Counted from the stretch's first letter, positions 10,478 to 21,030 are shown. The stretch: DNA of 64,000 nucleotides from an uncultured Deinococcaceae bacterium (GCA_964252075.1 CAXULY010000009.1:64001-128000), one strand, 5' to 3'. Notes: generated from the sequence alone by a model not told the origin. Translations and numbers: made by a program.

Positions 10478-12724
10478 TCAGTCCAGCACGGGTGCGGGCG
10501 CGGGGCCGTCGCCACGCTTGCGCAGGGGGATCTGCGGCAGCAGCAGCGTGGAGAGGAGACCCAGCAGCACGATGATCAGGCCGACCTTGAAGACGCCCGT
10601 GACGGCGTCCGTGAGGCTGGTCCTGAAGCCGCCCGCGAAGGTGTCCACGGCGCGCGTGAGTTTGGGCTTCACGTCCTCCAGGGCGCCCGTGGCGGTCCGC
10701 ACGGCGGTGCGCTGCGCGGCGTCGAGGGTGGTGTTCAGGTTCGTGACGGCGCGCTCGCGGGCGGCCGCGATGGCGGCGGGCTGCGCGGCGTCGAGGGCCC
10801 GCAGGGCGCCCTGCAGGGCGCCCGCCCGGACGGTCGCGTCGCTGCGGCCCGCCGTCAGCAGGGCGCGCAGGGGCTGCGGGGTGGTGGGGGTGGCGAGGAG
10901 CCGCTGCACGCTCGCCGCGTCGTTGTCCCGCAGGGCCCTCGTGAGGAGGGTCTTCTGGCGGTCGAAGCCCTGACGGACGGCGGCGGCCACGCCGCCCTGC
11001 CGCAGCACGGCGCGCAGTTGCTCGGGGGTGTTGGTGTCGGTCAGCAGGGTGTGGATGGCGGCCTGATTGCCGTCGAGGGCCTTCACGAACAGCGCCTTCT
11101 GGCCGGCGAAGCCGCCGCGGTCCGCGAGGGCCTGAAGGGTGGCGCGCTGGTCGGCGGGCAGGTCCCTGTTCGCGAGGAGGCGCTGGTAGGCGACAGGGTT
11201 GCTGTGCTGCAGGGCGCGGGTGAGGTCCTGTTCCTGGGCGTTCAGGCCGCGCAGCGCGTCGCGCTTGATCTTCGCGGCGTCGAAGGCGCCCGCGCTGCCC
11301 TCGCCGCCGCCGCTCTGCGCGCTGAACTGCGCGCGGGCGCTGGCGGGCAGCTCGGCGAGCGCGCGGTCCTTCACGCCGTCCAGGCCGCTGGAGAGGACGT
11401 TCGCGAAGACGGTGCCGAGCACCGCGACGCCCACCACGTTGCCGAGGCTGCGGAAGAAGGTGGCGCTGGAGGTCGCGACGCCCGTCATGCGGGGCTCCAC
11501 GGCGTTCTGGATGGCGAGCGTGTACAGCGGGATGGTGGGGCCCAGCCCGATGCCGAGCAGCACCATCTTGAGGGTCACGCTGGCCTGCGTGGCGTCCGCG
11601 GTGAGGGTGAAGGCCATGACGGCGAACGCCACCATGAGGATCACCAGGCCGGTCAGCAGCAGCGGCTTGTACTTCCCGAAGCGCGACACCAGCTGCCCAC
11701 TCAGGATGTTGCCCGCCACGATGCCCAGCGACAGCGGCGTGATGGTGAGGCCGGAGTTCGTGGCGCTGAGGCCCACGACGTTCACCATGAACAGCGGCAG
11801 GAAGATGATGGGGCCCAGGAAGGCCATGCCGACGATGAAGGCGCTGATGTTTCCGAACGCGAAGGTGGTGTTCCGGAAGAGGCGCAGGTTCAGGATGGGG
11901 TCGGGCGCGCGGCGCTCCGTGAGCACGAAGGCGACCACGCCGATCACGGCGAGCGCGAACAGGGACAGGATCTGCCAGGAGCCCCACAGGTAGCCGGTGC
12001 TGCTGGTGCTCGCCTGCCCCTTGCCGAGGCTGAGGGCCAGCAGGAGCGGCACGACGCCCACGATGAGCCAGAAGGCGCCCGCGAAGTCCACGCGGGGCCG
12101 CGCCGCGCCGCTCGCCTGGGGCTGGCGCAGGGCGGGCATGCGCGTGAGGATGAAGGTGAGGGCGACCGCGCCGACCGGGAGGTTGATGAAGAACGCCCAG
12201 TGCCAGCTGAGGTGGTCGGTGATGAAGCCGCCGACGAGCGGCCCGAGCACGCTGGAGAGGCCGAAGACCGCGCCGAACAGGCCGGAGATGCGCCCGCGTT
12301 CGGCGGGCGGGTACAGGTCCGCGACGATGGAGAACGCGCTCGTGAAGAGCGCGGCGCTGCCGAGGCCCTGAATGGCGCGCGCGAGGATCAGGAAGGTGGC
12401 GCTCTCGGAGAGGCCGCACAGGGCGCTCCCGGCGAGGAACAGCACCACGCCGAAGACCAGCACGATCTTGCGGCCGAAGAGGTCGCTGAGCTTGCCGTAG
12501 ATGGGGATCATGACGGTGCTCGCGACGAGGTACGCGGTGGTGATCCAGGCGTACAGCCCGGCGGCGATGTTGAGGTCCGTCTGGATGCGCGGCCCGGCGG
12601 TCGCGACGATGGTGTTGTCGAGCGCGGCGAGCAGCAGGCCCAGCAGGGTGCCGACGATGGTGAAGAGCCGCTGCTGGTGGCTGTAGGTGGGGGCGTGGCC
12701 CGTGGGTGCGGGGGCGCTGGTCAT
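10478..12724 (-). CDS. DHA2 (14-TM) MFS drug-efflux transporter with a large repeat-containing insertion
   Basis: LLAALDNTIV, YGKLSDLFGRK motif A, GPLVGGFITDHLSWHWAFFINLPVG; long soluble insert before the last TM. Confidence 0.92.
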   Translation of the reverse strand: MTSAPAPTGHAPTYSHQQRLFTIVGTLLGLLLAALDNTIVATAGPRIQTDLNIAAGLYAWITTAYLVASTVMIPIYGKLSDLFGRKIVLVFGVVLFLAGSALCGLSESATFLILARAIQGLGSAALFTSAFSIVADLYPPAERGRISGLFGAVFGLSSVLGPLVGGFITDHLSWHWAFFINLPVGAVALTFILTRMPALRQPQASGAARPRVDFAGAFWLIVGVVPLLLALSLGKGQASTSSTGYLWGSWQILSLFALAVIGVVAFVLTERRAPDPILNLRLFRNTTFAFGNISAFIVGMAFLGPIIFLPLFMVNVVGLSATNSGLTITPLSLGIVAGNILSGQLVSRFGKYKPLLLTGLVILMVAFAVMAFTLTADATQASVTLKMVLLGIGLGPTIPLYTLAIQNAVEPRMTGVATSSATFFRSLGNVVGVAVLGTVFANVLSSGLDGVKDRALAELPASARAQFSAQSGGGEGSAGAFDAAKIKRDALRGLNAQEQDLTRALQHSNPVAYQRLLANRDLPADQRATLQALADRGGFAGQKALFVKALDGNQAAIHTLLTDTNTPEQLRAVLRQGGVAAAVRQGFDRQKTLLTRALRDNDAASVQRLLATPTTPQPLRALLTAGRSDATVRAGALQGALRALDAAQPAAIAAARERAVTNLNTTLDAAQRTAVRTATGALEDVKPKLTRAVDTFAGGFRTSLTDAVTGVFKVGLIIVLLGLLSTLLLPQIPLRKRGDGPAPAPVLD

Positions 12725-13200
12725 GCGTTCTCCTTCGGGGTGCCGCGGCTGGAGTCCTCGCCGAGGTTGTGCGCGAGGTGACGCACCGCCTGGGCGAAGG
12801 CCAGTGTCTGGTCGGGCGTGAGGTGGCGCAGGCCGCGGTGGAGCATCTCCAGGCCGCTGGCGCGGGCGGCGCGCAGGACCGCCTCGCCTTTCGCGGTGAT
12901 GCTGAGGCGCACGCGGCGGGAGTCTTTCGGGTCGAGGTGCCGCTCGATGAGGCCGCCACGCGTGAGGTCGTCGAGGACGCGCGAGACGTTGCTGGGCGGC
13001 AGGCTCATGCGTTCGCACAGCTGGCCGGGGTACATCGCGCCGTGCTCGATGATGTTCAGCGCGACGAAATCCTTGAAGTCCACGCCGTGTTCGCGGGCGA
13101 GGACGGGCGCGACGTGGCGTTTCATGGCCTGCGTGAGGCTCCACCACGCGTCAATGAGTTCCGCGCCGGGCGAGAAATGAGTCGTTTCTGATTCTTCCAT
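12721..13200 (-). CDS. MarR family transcriptional regulator
   Basis: VSRVLDDLTRGGLIERHLDPKDSRRVRLSITAKG; overlaps the MFS start. Confidence 0.92.
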   Translation of the reverse strand: MEESETTHFSPGAELIDAWWSLTQAMKRHVAPVLAREHGVDFKDFVALNIIEHGAMYPGQLCERMSLPPSNVSRVLDDLTRGGLIERHLDPKDSRRVRLSITAKGEAVLRAARASGLEMLHRGLRHLTPDQTLAFAQAVRHLAHNLGEDSSRGTPKENA

Positions 13201-13223
13201 TCCGGAAATATACTAGTCCGGAA
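13200..13223. promoter_or_regulatory. Candidate MarR operator over the marR promoter
   Basis: TTCCGGA-N10-TCCGGAA inverted repeat spanning the -10 and start codon in an AT-rich patch. Confidence 0.65.
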
Positions 13224-13268
13224 AATTTCTAATGTGCAAGCACCTAAGCCGAGAGGCTTAGCCATGAA

Positions 13269-13294
13269 GAGGGCCGCCCGGTGGGGCGGCCCTC
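13269..13294 (-). terminator. Hairpin downstream of the YhgE/Pip gene
   Basis: 11-bp stem GAGGGCCGCCC/GGGCGGCCCTC. Confidence 0.6.
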
Positions 13295-13311
13295 CGGACC
13301 TGCACCTGCAT

Positions 13312-16300
13312 TCAGGTGCGGTCCACGTACAGCAGCGGCTTGAACTCCCGGTCCGGCACGAAACGCCAGCGTCGGCGGCCCAGCAGCAGCGCCGCCAGCA
13401 CCGCCACCAGCAGGATCACCGCCATCTTGAGCAGCGCCGGTCCGTATACGCCGTTGTACGAGCCGAAAATCGTGGCGCGGAAGGCGCTCACGGCGTCCGT
13501 CACGGGCAGGAACGCGTGAATCACCTGGAAGAAGTGCGGGCTGAGCTCCACCGGGTAACTGCCGCCACTCGCGGCGAGCTGAAGCACCAGCAGGATCAGC
13601 GACAGGATGCGGCCCGCGTCACCCAGCAGCATGATGAGCGCCACCACGATCGAGAGGAAGGTCAGGCTGGCGAGCGCGGCGGTGAGCAGCACCCCCAGCG
13701 GATGCAGGTACCGCACGCCCATCAGGTGCACGCCCAGCACCACCACCGCGGCCTGCGCGAGCACCAGCAGGGCCGGCACCGCGACCTTGCGCAGGTACCG
13801 TGCGAGCTGCGAGGTGCCGCGCCCGCTCTGCGCGATCTGCAGGTACGGGAAGATGAAGGTGGTCAGCGTAACGCCCACCCACAGGCTGAGCGCCATGAAG
13901 TACGGCGAGAAGGCCGTGCCGTTGTTCGCGACGCTGGCCGTGTTGCGCTCGCGCACCTGCACGCTCGCCGCGAGGCCACTGGGGTCGCCGCCCAGCTGCT
14001 CCGTCGTCGCGGGAATGCGGTCGTAGAGGGTGCTCAGGCCGTCCGCCAGCCGGCGCGCGCCGTCCCGCGCGCCCGCCGCGCCCGAGGCGAGCTGCCGGGC
14101 GCCGGTGTTCAGGCGGCCCAGGCCGCCCGCGAGTTCGCCGCTCCTGTCCGCCAGCGTGCGCGCGCCGCCGGAGAGGCGGTCCAGGTCCGCCTGTGCGGGC
14201 AGCCTGGAGGTGATGGTGCCGAGCGCGCCCTTGATCTTCAGGTTGCCCGCCACGAGGGCGTTCACGCCCGTCTGCAGCTGCCGCGCGCCGCCCGCCAGGG
14301 ACGCGGCGCCCGTGGCGGCCTCCCCTGTCTTCTGCGCCAGCGTGCCCGCGCCGGACGCGAGGGCCGCCGCGCCCGTCTGCAACTGCGCGGTGCCCGCCGC
14401 CAGCTGGGCCGCGCCGCCCGCCGCCCGCTGCGCGCCCGCAGCGGCCTCACCGGTCTTCCCGGCCAGGGTGGCGGCGCCCGTCTGGAGTTGCCCGGCGCCC
14501 GCCTGCAGTTGCGCGGTGCCCTGCGCGAGCTGCGCCGCACCGGTCGCGGCCTTCTGCGCGCCCGCTGCGGCCTCGCCGGTCTTCTCGGCCAGGGTCGCGG
14601 CGCCCGTCTGGAGTTGCCGCGCGCCCTGCGCCAGTCGCGCCGCGCCCTGGTTCAGCTCACGCGCGCCACCCACGGCGCTGGTGGCGCCCTGCTGCGCGTC
14701 TTTCAGCTTGCCCGCCAGGGTGCGCGCGCCGCCCTCGAGGGACGCGGCGCCCGTCGCGAGCCGCTGCGCCCCCTGCGCGAGCGAGGCCGCGCCCGTTCCG
14801 GCCGCCTGCGCGCCCTGCTGGGCGGTGCGGGTGTTCAGCGCGAGGCTGGCCGCGCCGCGCTGCAGCCTCGCGCTCCCAGCGGTCAGCTGGGCGGCGCCGT
14901 CCGCCAGCTGCGAGGCGCCGTTCGTGGCGGCCTGCGCGCCCGCGCCCAGCTGACGCAGGCCACCCGCGAGCTGCGCGGTGCCCTGCTGCAGGTTCGCCGC
15001 GCCGTCCGCGAGCTGCGCGCTGCCCTGCTTGAGCGCCCCGGGCGCCAGGAAGTTCCGCTGCACGCTGTCCGAGAGCTGCCGGGCGCCCTGCGCGAGCTGC
15101 GCGGCTCCCTGGTTCACGCTGCTGGCGCCGCTGGTCGCCTGCTGCAGCCCGCCCTGCAGCTGCGGGAGTTTCTGCGCGAGCTGACCCGCGCCCGCCTGCA
15201 GCTGCCCGGCGCCCGTGTTCAGGTCGCGCGCGCCGCCCGCGAGTTGCTCCGCACCGCCCACCAGCTGCCCGAGGCCCGCCGTGAGCTTGGGGAGTTGCGT
15301 GGCGAGCTGAGCCGCGCCCGCGCCAAGCTGGCCCGCGCCGGTGTTCAGGTCGCCCGCACCCGTGGCGAGTTGCTGCGCGCCGCCCGCCAGTTGCCCCAGG
15401 CCACCCTGCAGCTGTGGCAGGCCCGTCGCGAGTTGCGCCGCACCGCCCTGCAGCTGCGTCGCGCCGCCCGCCAGCGAGGCGGCGCCCGTCGCCAGCTGCT
15501 GCGCCCCGCCCTGCAATTGCCCCAGACCCGAGGCCAGCTGTGGGAGCTGCGCGGCGAGCTGCTGCGTTCCGCGGTTCACCTGCGCGGCGCCGGACGCCAG
15601 GGAGGCCGCGCCCGTGGCGAGTTGCTGCGCGCCGCCCTGCAGCTGCGCGAGACCGCCCGCCAGTTGCGGCAGCTGACCCGCGAGTTGCTGGGTGCCGTCA
15701 TTGACCTGGGTGGCGCCGGAGGCGAGCGAGGTCGCGCCCGTCGCCAGCCGCCCCGCGCCCGCCTGCAACTGCCCCAGACCTCCGGCCAGGGTGCTGGCGC
15801 CGGTCGTGAGCTGCCGGGCGCCGGTCTGCAAGGGCGCCAGTTGCGCTGGATCGGGCGCCGCCGTGTTCAGCTGCCGCAGGCCCGCCGAGAGCTGGCTGGT
15901 GCCGCCCGTCAGTTGCGTCACGCCGCCCGAGAGGTCGCGCGCGCCCGCCGCGAGTTGCTGCCCGCCGTTCGCCGCCGTCGCCGCGCCGCTCGCCAGGGAG
16001 GCCGCGCCCGTGGCGAGCTGGGCGTTCCCGCCCGCCAGTTGCTGCGCGCCGTCGCGCAGCTGACCGGTGGCGTCCCGAATGTCGCGGAAGCCCTGCTGCA
16101 CGCGCGTGAGGGACTGCTGCACGACCGCCCAGCGGTTCTCGCCGAGGCGGTTGTTCAGCTGGTCGGTGATGCGGGTGGCGACGCTGGTGGCGACGCGACT
16201 CGCGAAGTAGCTGGTGCCGGGCGCGCTGTACAGGTTCAGCAGGCCGTGCTCGCTGCTGTCGCCGGAGAGGGCGCGCGCGCTGAAGTTCTGCGGGATGCCC

Positions 16301-16665
16301 AGCGCGAAGTACACGTCGCCGCGCCGCACGGCGGCCTCCGCGGCGGCCTCACTGGGGTAGCTGATGAGTTTGACGGGCGGGTCCCGGTGCAGGTCCTGCA
16401 CGAGGTCGCGGCCCAGGTTGTAGGCTTTGCCGCGCGCGGTGGTGCCCGCGTCGGCGTTCACGAGCGCGACGGGCAGCTGCTTGAGGTTGCCGTAGGGGTC
16501 CCACACGCTGCCCAGGTAGATGACGGCGTACAGCACGGGCACCAGCGCGATCACCAGCGTGCCGAGCCACATGAGGGGGTAGCGCCACATGCTGCGCTCG
16601 GCGGGGGTGAGGTTCTGCAAGTCGCGTTGCAGGGTGCTGCGGGGTCGGCGTTGGGTGTGCGTCAT
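13312..16665 (-). CDS. YhgE/Pip family membrane protein with a long xxxLxxG heptad-repeat stalk
   Basis: YLGSVWDPYGNLKQLPVALVNAD N-domain; NNGTAFSPYFMALSLWVG and LQLAASGGSYPVEL C-domain; SD GAGAGGA. Confidence 0.93.
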   Translation of the reverse strand: MTHTQRRPRSTLQRDLQNLTPAERSMWRYPLMWLGTLVIALVPVLYAVIYLGSVWDPYGNLKQLPVALVNADAGTTARGKAYNLGRDLVQDLHRDPPVKLISYPSEAAAEAAVRRGDVYFALGIPQNFSARALSGDSSEHGLLNLYSAPGTSYFASRVATSVATRITDQLNNRLGENRWAVVQQSLTRVQQGFRDIRDATGQLRDGAQQLAGGNAQLATGAASLASGAATAANGGQQLAAGARDLSGGVTQLTGGTSQLSAGLRQLNTAAPDPAQLAPLQTGARQLTTGASTLAGGLGQLQAGAGRLATGATSLASGATQVNDGTQQLAGQLPQLAGGLAQLQGGAQQLATGAASLASGAAQVNRGTQQLAAQLPQLASGLGQLQGGAQQLATGAASLAGGATQLQGGAAQLATGLPQLQGGLGQLAGGAQQLATGAGDLNTGAGQLGAGAAQLATQLPKLTAGLGQLVGGAEQLAGGARDLNTGAGQLQAGAGQLAQKLPQLQGGLQQATSGASSVNQGAAQLAQGARQLSDSVQRNFLAPGALKQGSAQLADGAANLQQGTAQLAGGLRQLGAGAQAATNGASQLADGAAQLTAGSARLQRGAASLALNTRTAQQGAQAAGTGAASLAQGAQRLATGAASLEGGARTLAGKLKDAQQGATSAVGGARELNQGAARLAQGARQLQTGAATLAEKTGEAAAGAQKAATGAAQLAQGTAQLQAGAGQLQTGAATLAGKTGEAAAGAQRAAGGAAQLAAGTAQLQTGAAALASGAGTLAQKTGEAATGAASLAGGARQLQTGVNALVAGNLKIKGALGTITSRLPAQADLDRLSGGARTLADRSGELAGGLGRLNTGARQLASGAAGARDGARRLADGLSTLYDRIPATTEQLGGDPSGLAASVQVRERNTASVANNGTAFSPYFMALSLWVGVTLTTFIFPYLQIAQSGRGTSQLARYLRKVAVPALLVLAQAAVVVLGVHLMGVRYLHPLGVLLTAALASLTFLSIVVALIMLLGDAGRILSLILLVLQLAASGGSYPVELSPHFFQVIHAFLPVTDAVSAFRATIFGSYNGVYGPALLKMAVILLVAVLAALLLGRRRWRFVPDREFKPLLYVDRT
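14030..16070 (-). repeat. Coding heptad repeats (GAxQLAx) with longer duplicated blocks inside YhgE/Pip
   Basis: Recurrent GAQQLATGAASLASG / QLPQLAGGLGQL / GAATLAxKTGEAAAG units. Confidence 0.85.
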
Positions 16666-16719
16666 GAGCGGTCCTCTCGGGGCGGCGGGGCGCCCGTTCA
16701 CCCTCAGTGTTCCACATTC

Positions 16720-16747
16720 TGACAGATTGTCAAGTGACAGAATGTCA
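16720..16747. promoter_or_regulatory. Tandem palindromic operator between divergent pip and tetR
   Basis: TGACAgatTGTCA (16720-16732) and TGACAgaaTGTCA (16735-16747). Confidence 0.75.
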
Positions 16748-16768
16748 ATAAGGTGCTACAGTGGGGGC

Positions 16769-17362
16769 ATGACCGCGCTGGACAGCCGCCGACGCCTCCC
16801 CTCCGCTGACCGCCGCCAGCAGATCCTCGACGTCGCCTCCGGCCTCTTCGTGCAGCGCGGCTTCGAGGCGGTCGGCATGGCCGACCTCGCGGGCGCCCTC
16901 GGCGTCTCGCGCCCCACCATCTACAGTTACTTCACCAGCACTGAAGCGGTCCTCGAAGCGCTGCTCACCGAGCGGCTGCACGACCTGTGGGCGCGCCTCG
17001 CGCCGCTCATCACGGCGGGCACGCCGCAACCGCAGACTTTCGCCACCCTCTTTCACTTCCTGCTGCGCGAGCGCGACACGCTCGCCCTGCTGCACAGCGG
17101 CGGCGGCCCACGCTTCCAGGCGCGCCGCCAGGCCTTCCTCGACGAACTCGGCGCCCGCATCGAGCCGCAGCGCCTCCCCAGCCTCACGCGCATCCCGGAC
17201 CTGCTGCTGATCGTGACGACGCTCCTCGACAGCCTCGCCTTCAGCACCGTGAGCCGCGCGGGCCAGCCGCACGCCCCGGACCCCGAGCGCCTCGCGCGGA
17301 CGCTCGACACCTTCGTGCGCGGCGGCGTCACCGCCCTGCTCGCCGAGGGCGATCAGCCCTGA
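16769..17362 (+). CDS. TetR/AcrR family transcriptional regulator
   Basis: RRQQILDVASGLFVQRGFEAVGMADLAGALGVSRPTIYSYF. Confidence 0.94.
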   Translation: MTALDSRRRLPSADRRQQILDVASGLFVQRGFEAVGMADLAGALGVSRPTIYSYFTSTEAVLEALLTERLHDLWARLAPLITAGTPQPQTFATLFHFLLRERDTLALLHSGGGPRFQARRQAFLDELGARIEPQRLPSLTRIPDLLLIVTTLLDSLAFSTVSRAGQPHAPDPERLARTLDTFVRGGVTALLAEGDQP

Positions 17363-17369
17363 GCGGACC

Positions 17370-17999
17370 TCACAGCCCGATCAGGCCCAGCGCGGCGGTC
17401 GCCGTCAACTCCTGCCGGAACGGCGCGATGAGCTTCGCGGTGCGCGGGTCGGCGGGCACCAGCGCCTTCTCGAAATCCGGCGCCTGCAGCGTCTGGAGCG
17501 CCTGACCCACCTGCTGCCAGTTCACCTCCGGCACGCCCAGCGCGCGGTTCACCTGCGTGCGCACCACCGCGTACCGCGCGGCACTCAGGCCCTCGCGCTG
17601 CAGGGCGGCGCGCTGCGCCGTGCGCGCCGCCCCCAGCTTCCCGCCAAGCTGCCGGAAGGCGTTCAGGGCGTCCGTGACGGAGGGGTTCCCGCCCTGCCCG
17701 ATCTGGTCCCCCAGCCGGGAGAGCGGCGTGAAGGCCTCCCCCAGCTCGGCGCGCACCACCCGGCGCACCCGCACGAACTTGCGGAGCTCCGCCTGCGTGA
17801 TGGGCGTGGCGGGCACCGCGCGCGTGCCCGCGCCGCTGGTCCCGGTGGTGGCGGGACCCGTGAAGCCCGTGGTGACGTTCTGCACCTGCGCGATGAAGTC
17901 CCGCGCCGGGCGGTACACGAGAAAATACCCGCCCAGCACGACCGCCACCAGCACCACCAGCACGGTCCCCAGGCACCCCGTCAGACAGCCGCGATTCAT
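17370..17999 (-). CDS. Membrane-anchored hypothetical protein
   Basis: N-terminal GCLTGC plus TM helix, then a soluble helical domain. Confidence 0.7.
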   Translation of the reverse strand: MNRGCLTGCLGTVLVVLVAVVLGGYFLVYRPARDFIAQVQNVTTGFTGPATTGTSGAGTRAVPATPITQAELRKFVRVRRVVRAELGEAFTPLSRLGDQIGQGGNPSVTDALNAFRQLGGKLGAARTAQRAALQREGLSAARYAVVRTQVNRALGVPEVNWQQVGQALQTLQAPDFEKALVPADPRTAKLIAPFRQELTATAALGLIGL

Positions 18000-18091
18000 G
18001 CCCTCAGTAAAGCAAGGATGGACGTGAGTCGTGACAGCGGCCCGGCCGGGGCGCCCGCCCCCTCACCACGGGCCCCCTGCGCGGCGCGCAC

Positions 18092-19060
18092 CTACAGGTT
18101 CTTCTTGAAGAACGCCACGGACCGCGCGAGCGCCGTCCCGAGCACCTGGCTCATGTTGTGGTTCGCGCCCGGGTACGTGATGAGCGTCACGGGCTGGCCC
18201 GCCGCCTTCAATTCCTGCGCCAGCGTGCGCGAGAACGCCACCGGCACTTCCTCGTCCTCCGTGCCCGCCTGGATCAGCACCGGCCGCCCGGCGATGTCCT
18301 TCAGGTAACTGTTCGGCTGGATGGCATTGTAGAACGCCGGGTTCTGCTTGGGCGTGCCGTACTTCCCCAGGATCTTCTGGCGTTGGCTGTTCGCGTTCCT
18401 GGGGGGCGGCTCCGCGCCGGGCTTGCGCGTCCACTTCGTGAGGATGTCCGTGTAGGGCGCCACGACGCCGCCCCAGATGTCGGCGGCCTTGATGTTCTGG
18501 TCGATGACCATGGAGCGCAGGGTGAGGCTGCCGCCCATGGAGTGCCCCCACATGCCGATGCGGTCCGGGTTCACGTTCTTGTACTTGCGGACGCTGTTCG
18601 TGGCGTTCAGCACGTCGTTGGTATAGCCGGGCGACCAGTACCCGCCCTCGGCCTTGCCCTGCGAACTGCCGTGCCCGCGGTAATCACTCTTGAAGGTCAC
18701 GAAGCCCGCGCGCGCGAAGGCGTCCTGGTACGCGACGTAGCGCTGCGTGGTGCGGTACACCTCGGGCGGGATGTAGCCGTGGTTGAAGATGATGGCGGGC
18801 CAGCCGCCCTTGGGGGGCGTGCCGTTCGGCACGGTCAGGAGCGCGTAGATCTTCAGGCCGTCGGAGCGGTACGAGGCGACGTAGCGCTTGTAGTTGCTTC
18901 CGGCGCGCAGGGCCTGTTCGATGGTGATGGCGCTGCCGGGGTACTGGCGGGCGCGCATGGTCTCAATGGCGAGCGGGAAACCTTCGGGGCCGGGGTAGGC
19001 GGCGGCGGCGGCCGGCGGGGCGAGCAGAACGGAGAGCAGCAGAAGACGGGCTCGGCGCAT
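18092..19060 (-). CDS. Secreted alpha/beta hydrolase (S9 peptidase-like)
   Basis: Signal peptide; NHGY, DYRGHG, GHSMGG nucleophile, D..V and GANH. Confidence 0.88.
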   Translation of the reverse strand: MRRARLLLLSVLLAPPAAAAAYPGPEGFPLAIETMRARQYPGSAITIEQALRAGSNYKRYVASYRSDGLKIYALLTVPNGTPPKGGWPAIIFNHGYIPPEVYRTTQRYVAYQDAFARAGFVTFKSDYRGHGSSQGKAEGGYWSPGYTNDVLNATNSVRKYKNVNPDRIGMWGHSMGGSLTLRSMVIDQNIKAADIWGGVVAPYTDILTKWTRKPGAEPPPRNANSQRQKILGKYGTPKQNPAFYNAIQPNSYLKDIAGRPVLIQAGTEDEEVPVAFSRTLAQELKAAGQPVTLITYPGANHNMSQVLGTALARSVAFFKKNL

Positions 19061-19207
19061 GTGGGCTCCTTTGCGTCAGCCTGCCATGCAGCGCGCGGGT
19101 CGTCTGCGCGCGAGCACACGCTGGGTTAAACGGGGGTTAAAAGACCGGGGCGTTCATGCCGCCCCCCTTGCAAGCGGGTGGGCTGGAGGCGTTGAATAGA
19201 CGCTGTC

Positions 19208-19951
19208 ATGTCTGAAACGATTCAGGTTACCGTCTGGAATGAGTTCCGCCACGAGAAGAAGAACGAGAAGGTGCAGGCCATCTACCCGGACGGCATCCAC
19301 GCCGTGATCGCGCAGGCGCTGAGCGCGGCGGGCCTCTCGACGCGCACCGCCACGCTCGACGAGCCCGAGCACGGCCTGACGGACGAGGTGCTCGCGAACA
19401 CCGACGTGCTGTTCTGGTGGGGCCACATGGCGCACGGCGACGTGAGCGACGCCACCGTGGACAAGGTGCAGGCGCGCGTCCTGGAGGGCATGGGCCTCGT
19501 GGTGCTGCACAGCGGGCACTTCTCCAAGCCCTTCAAGCGCCTCATGGGCACCAGCTGCGACCTGAAGTGGCGCGAGGCGAACGATCGCGAGCGCCTGTGG
19601 GTCGTGGCGCCCGGCCACCCCATCGCGCAGGGCCTCGGCGAGCAGATCGTGCTGGACAAGGAGGAGATGTACGGCGAGCACTTCGACATCCCCCAGCCGG
19701 ACGAACTGGTGTTCGTGAGCTGGTTCAGTGGCGGCGAGGTGTTCCGCAGCGGCGCCTGCTACCGCCGCGGGCAGGGCCGCATCTTCTACTTCCGGCCCGG
19801 CCACGAGACGTACCCCACCTACCACAACCCCGAGATTCAGCGGGTGCTGGTGAACGCCGCGCGCTGGGCGGCCCCCACGCCCGGCACGGCGCCCGTGTAC
19901 GGCAACGCCCAACCGCAGGAGCAGCTCACGTCCGAAGGGACCGGCGCGTGA
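19208..19951 (+). CDS. ThuA domain (trehalose utilisation) protein
   Basis: [36 protein letters not shown]. Confidence 0.9.
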   Translation: MSETIQVTVWNEFRHEKKNEKVQAIYPDGIHAVIAQALSAAGLSTRTATLDEPEHGLTDEVLANTDVLFWWGHMAHGDVSDATVDKVQARVLEGMGLVVLHSGHFSKPFKRLMGTSCDLKWREANDRERLWVVAPGHPIAQGLGEQIVLDKEEMYGEHFDIPQPDELVFVSWFSGGEVFRSGACYRRGQGRIFYFRPGHETYPTYHNPEIQRVLVNAARWAAPTPGTAPVYGNAQPQEQLTSEGTGA

Positions 19952-20973
19952 AGGTCGGCGTGATCGGCGCGGGCGGCGTCGCGCGCTTCCACTTCGAGGG
20001 GTACCGCGCGGCAGGCGCGGAGGTCGTCGCGGTCGCGGACGTGCACGAGGCGACCCTCGCCGCCGCGCAGGCGCAGTGGAACGTGCCGCGCGGCTACGCG
20101 GACTACCAGGCGCTCATCAACGACCCGGAGGTCGAGGCGGTCAGCATCTGCCTCCCGAACGCCTTCCACCACCCCGCGACCGTCGCCGCCGCGCGCGCGG
20201 GCAAGCACGTGCTGTGCGAGAAGCCCATCTCCCTCAGCCTGGACCTCGCGCAGGACATGATTGACGAGTGCCGCAAGGCGGGCGTGGTGCTGCAGATCGG
20301 GCATCACCTGCGCTCAAACGCCTTCGCGGAGCAGGCGAAGCGCATGGTGGACGCGGGCGAACTCGGGCGCCTCACCTTCATCCGGCTGCGCCAGGCGCAC
20401 GACTGGGGCGGGCAGCCGCCCCGCGCGAGCTTCGGGACCGTCGCGAGCGCCGGGGGCGGCACGCTACTCGACAACGGCAGCCACATGATGGACCTCGCGC
20501 GGTACTTCGGCGGGAACGTCCGCGAGGTGTACGCCCGCATGGGCACCCTCGCGTACGACGTGGAGGTCGAAGACACCAGCCTCGTGAACCTCAGCTTCGC
20601 GTCCGGCGCGCTCGGCAGCGTGGAGAACGCCTGGACCGCGACGGGCTGGGAGGAAGGCTTCTGGATTTACGGCACGCGCGGCGCGCTGGAGTACACGAAC
20701 CGCACGGGCACGCCCGAGATGCGCTTCGTGCACCGCACGTCGCCCGGCACCACCTGGGGCGAGACGGACGTCACCACCTACCACTTCGGGGGCCTGGAGG
20801 CGCATGCGCGCGGCGTGGTGGAGTTCCTCGCCGCCGTGCGCGGCGAGCAGCGTGTGATCTGCACGGGCGAGGACGGCCTGGAGGCCGTGCGCCTGATCGT
20901 CGCGAGTTACCAGAGCGCCCGCGAGGGCCGCCCCGTGCAGATGGACGGGGTAACGGCCGAGCGGGTGGGGTGA
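19948..20973 (+). CDS. Gfo/Idh/MocA family oxidoreductase
   Basis: [31 protein letters not shown]. Confidence 0.92.
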   Translation: MKVGVIGAGGVARFHFEGYRAAGAEVVAVADVHEATLAAAQAQWNVPRGYADYQALINDPEVEAVSICLPNAFHHPATVAAARAGKHVLCEKPISLSLDLAQDMIDECRKAGVVLQIGHHLRSNAFAEQAKRMVDAGELGRLTFIRLRQAHDWGGQPPRASFGTVASAGGGTLLDNGSHMMDLARYFGGNVREVYARMGTLAYDVEVEDTSLVNLSFASGALGSVENAWTATGWEEGFWIYGTRGALEYTNRTGTPEMRFVHRTSPGTTWGETDVTTYHFGGLEAHARGVVEFLAAVRGEQRVICTGEDGLEAVRLIVASYQSAREGRPVQMDGVTAERVG

Positions 20974-21030
20974 CCCACCGGACCTTCACCTGACGTGTGG
21001 GCGAGCCAGGGGCACTAGGATGAGTGCCGT

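Noticed and set aside
14030..16070. Repetitive DNA as a possible CRISPR array
   Set aside because: Degenerate in-frame coding repeats with no unique spacers and no cas genes
13234..16722. 1162-aa plus-strand ORF and many other long overlapping ORFs
   Set aside because: Antisense or off-frame shadows typical of high-GC DNA; Arg/Ala/Pro-rich with no motifs
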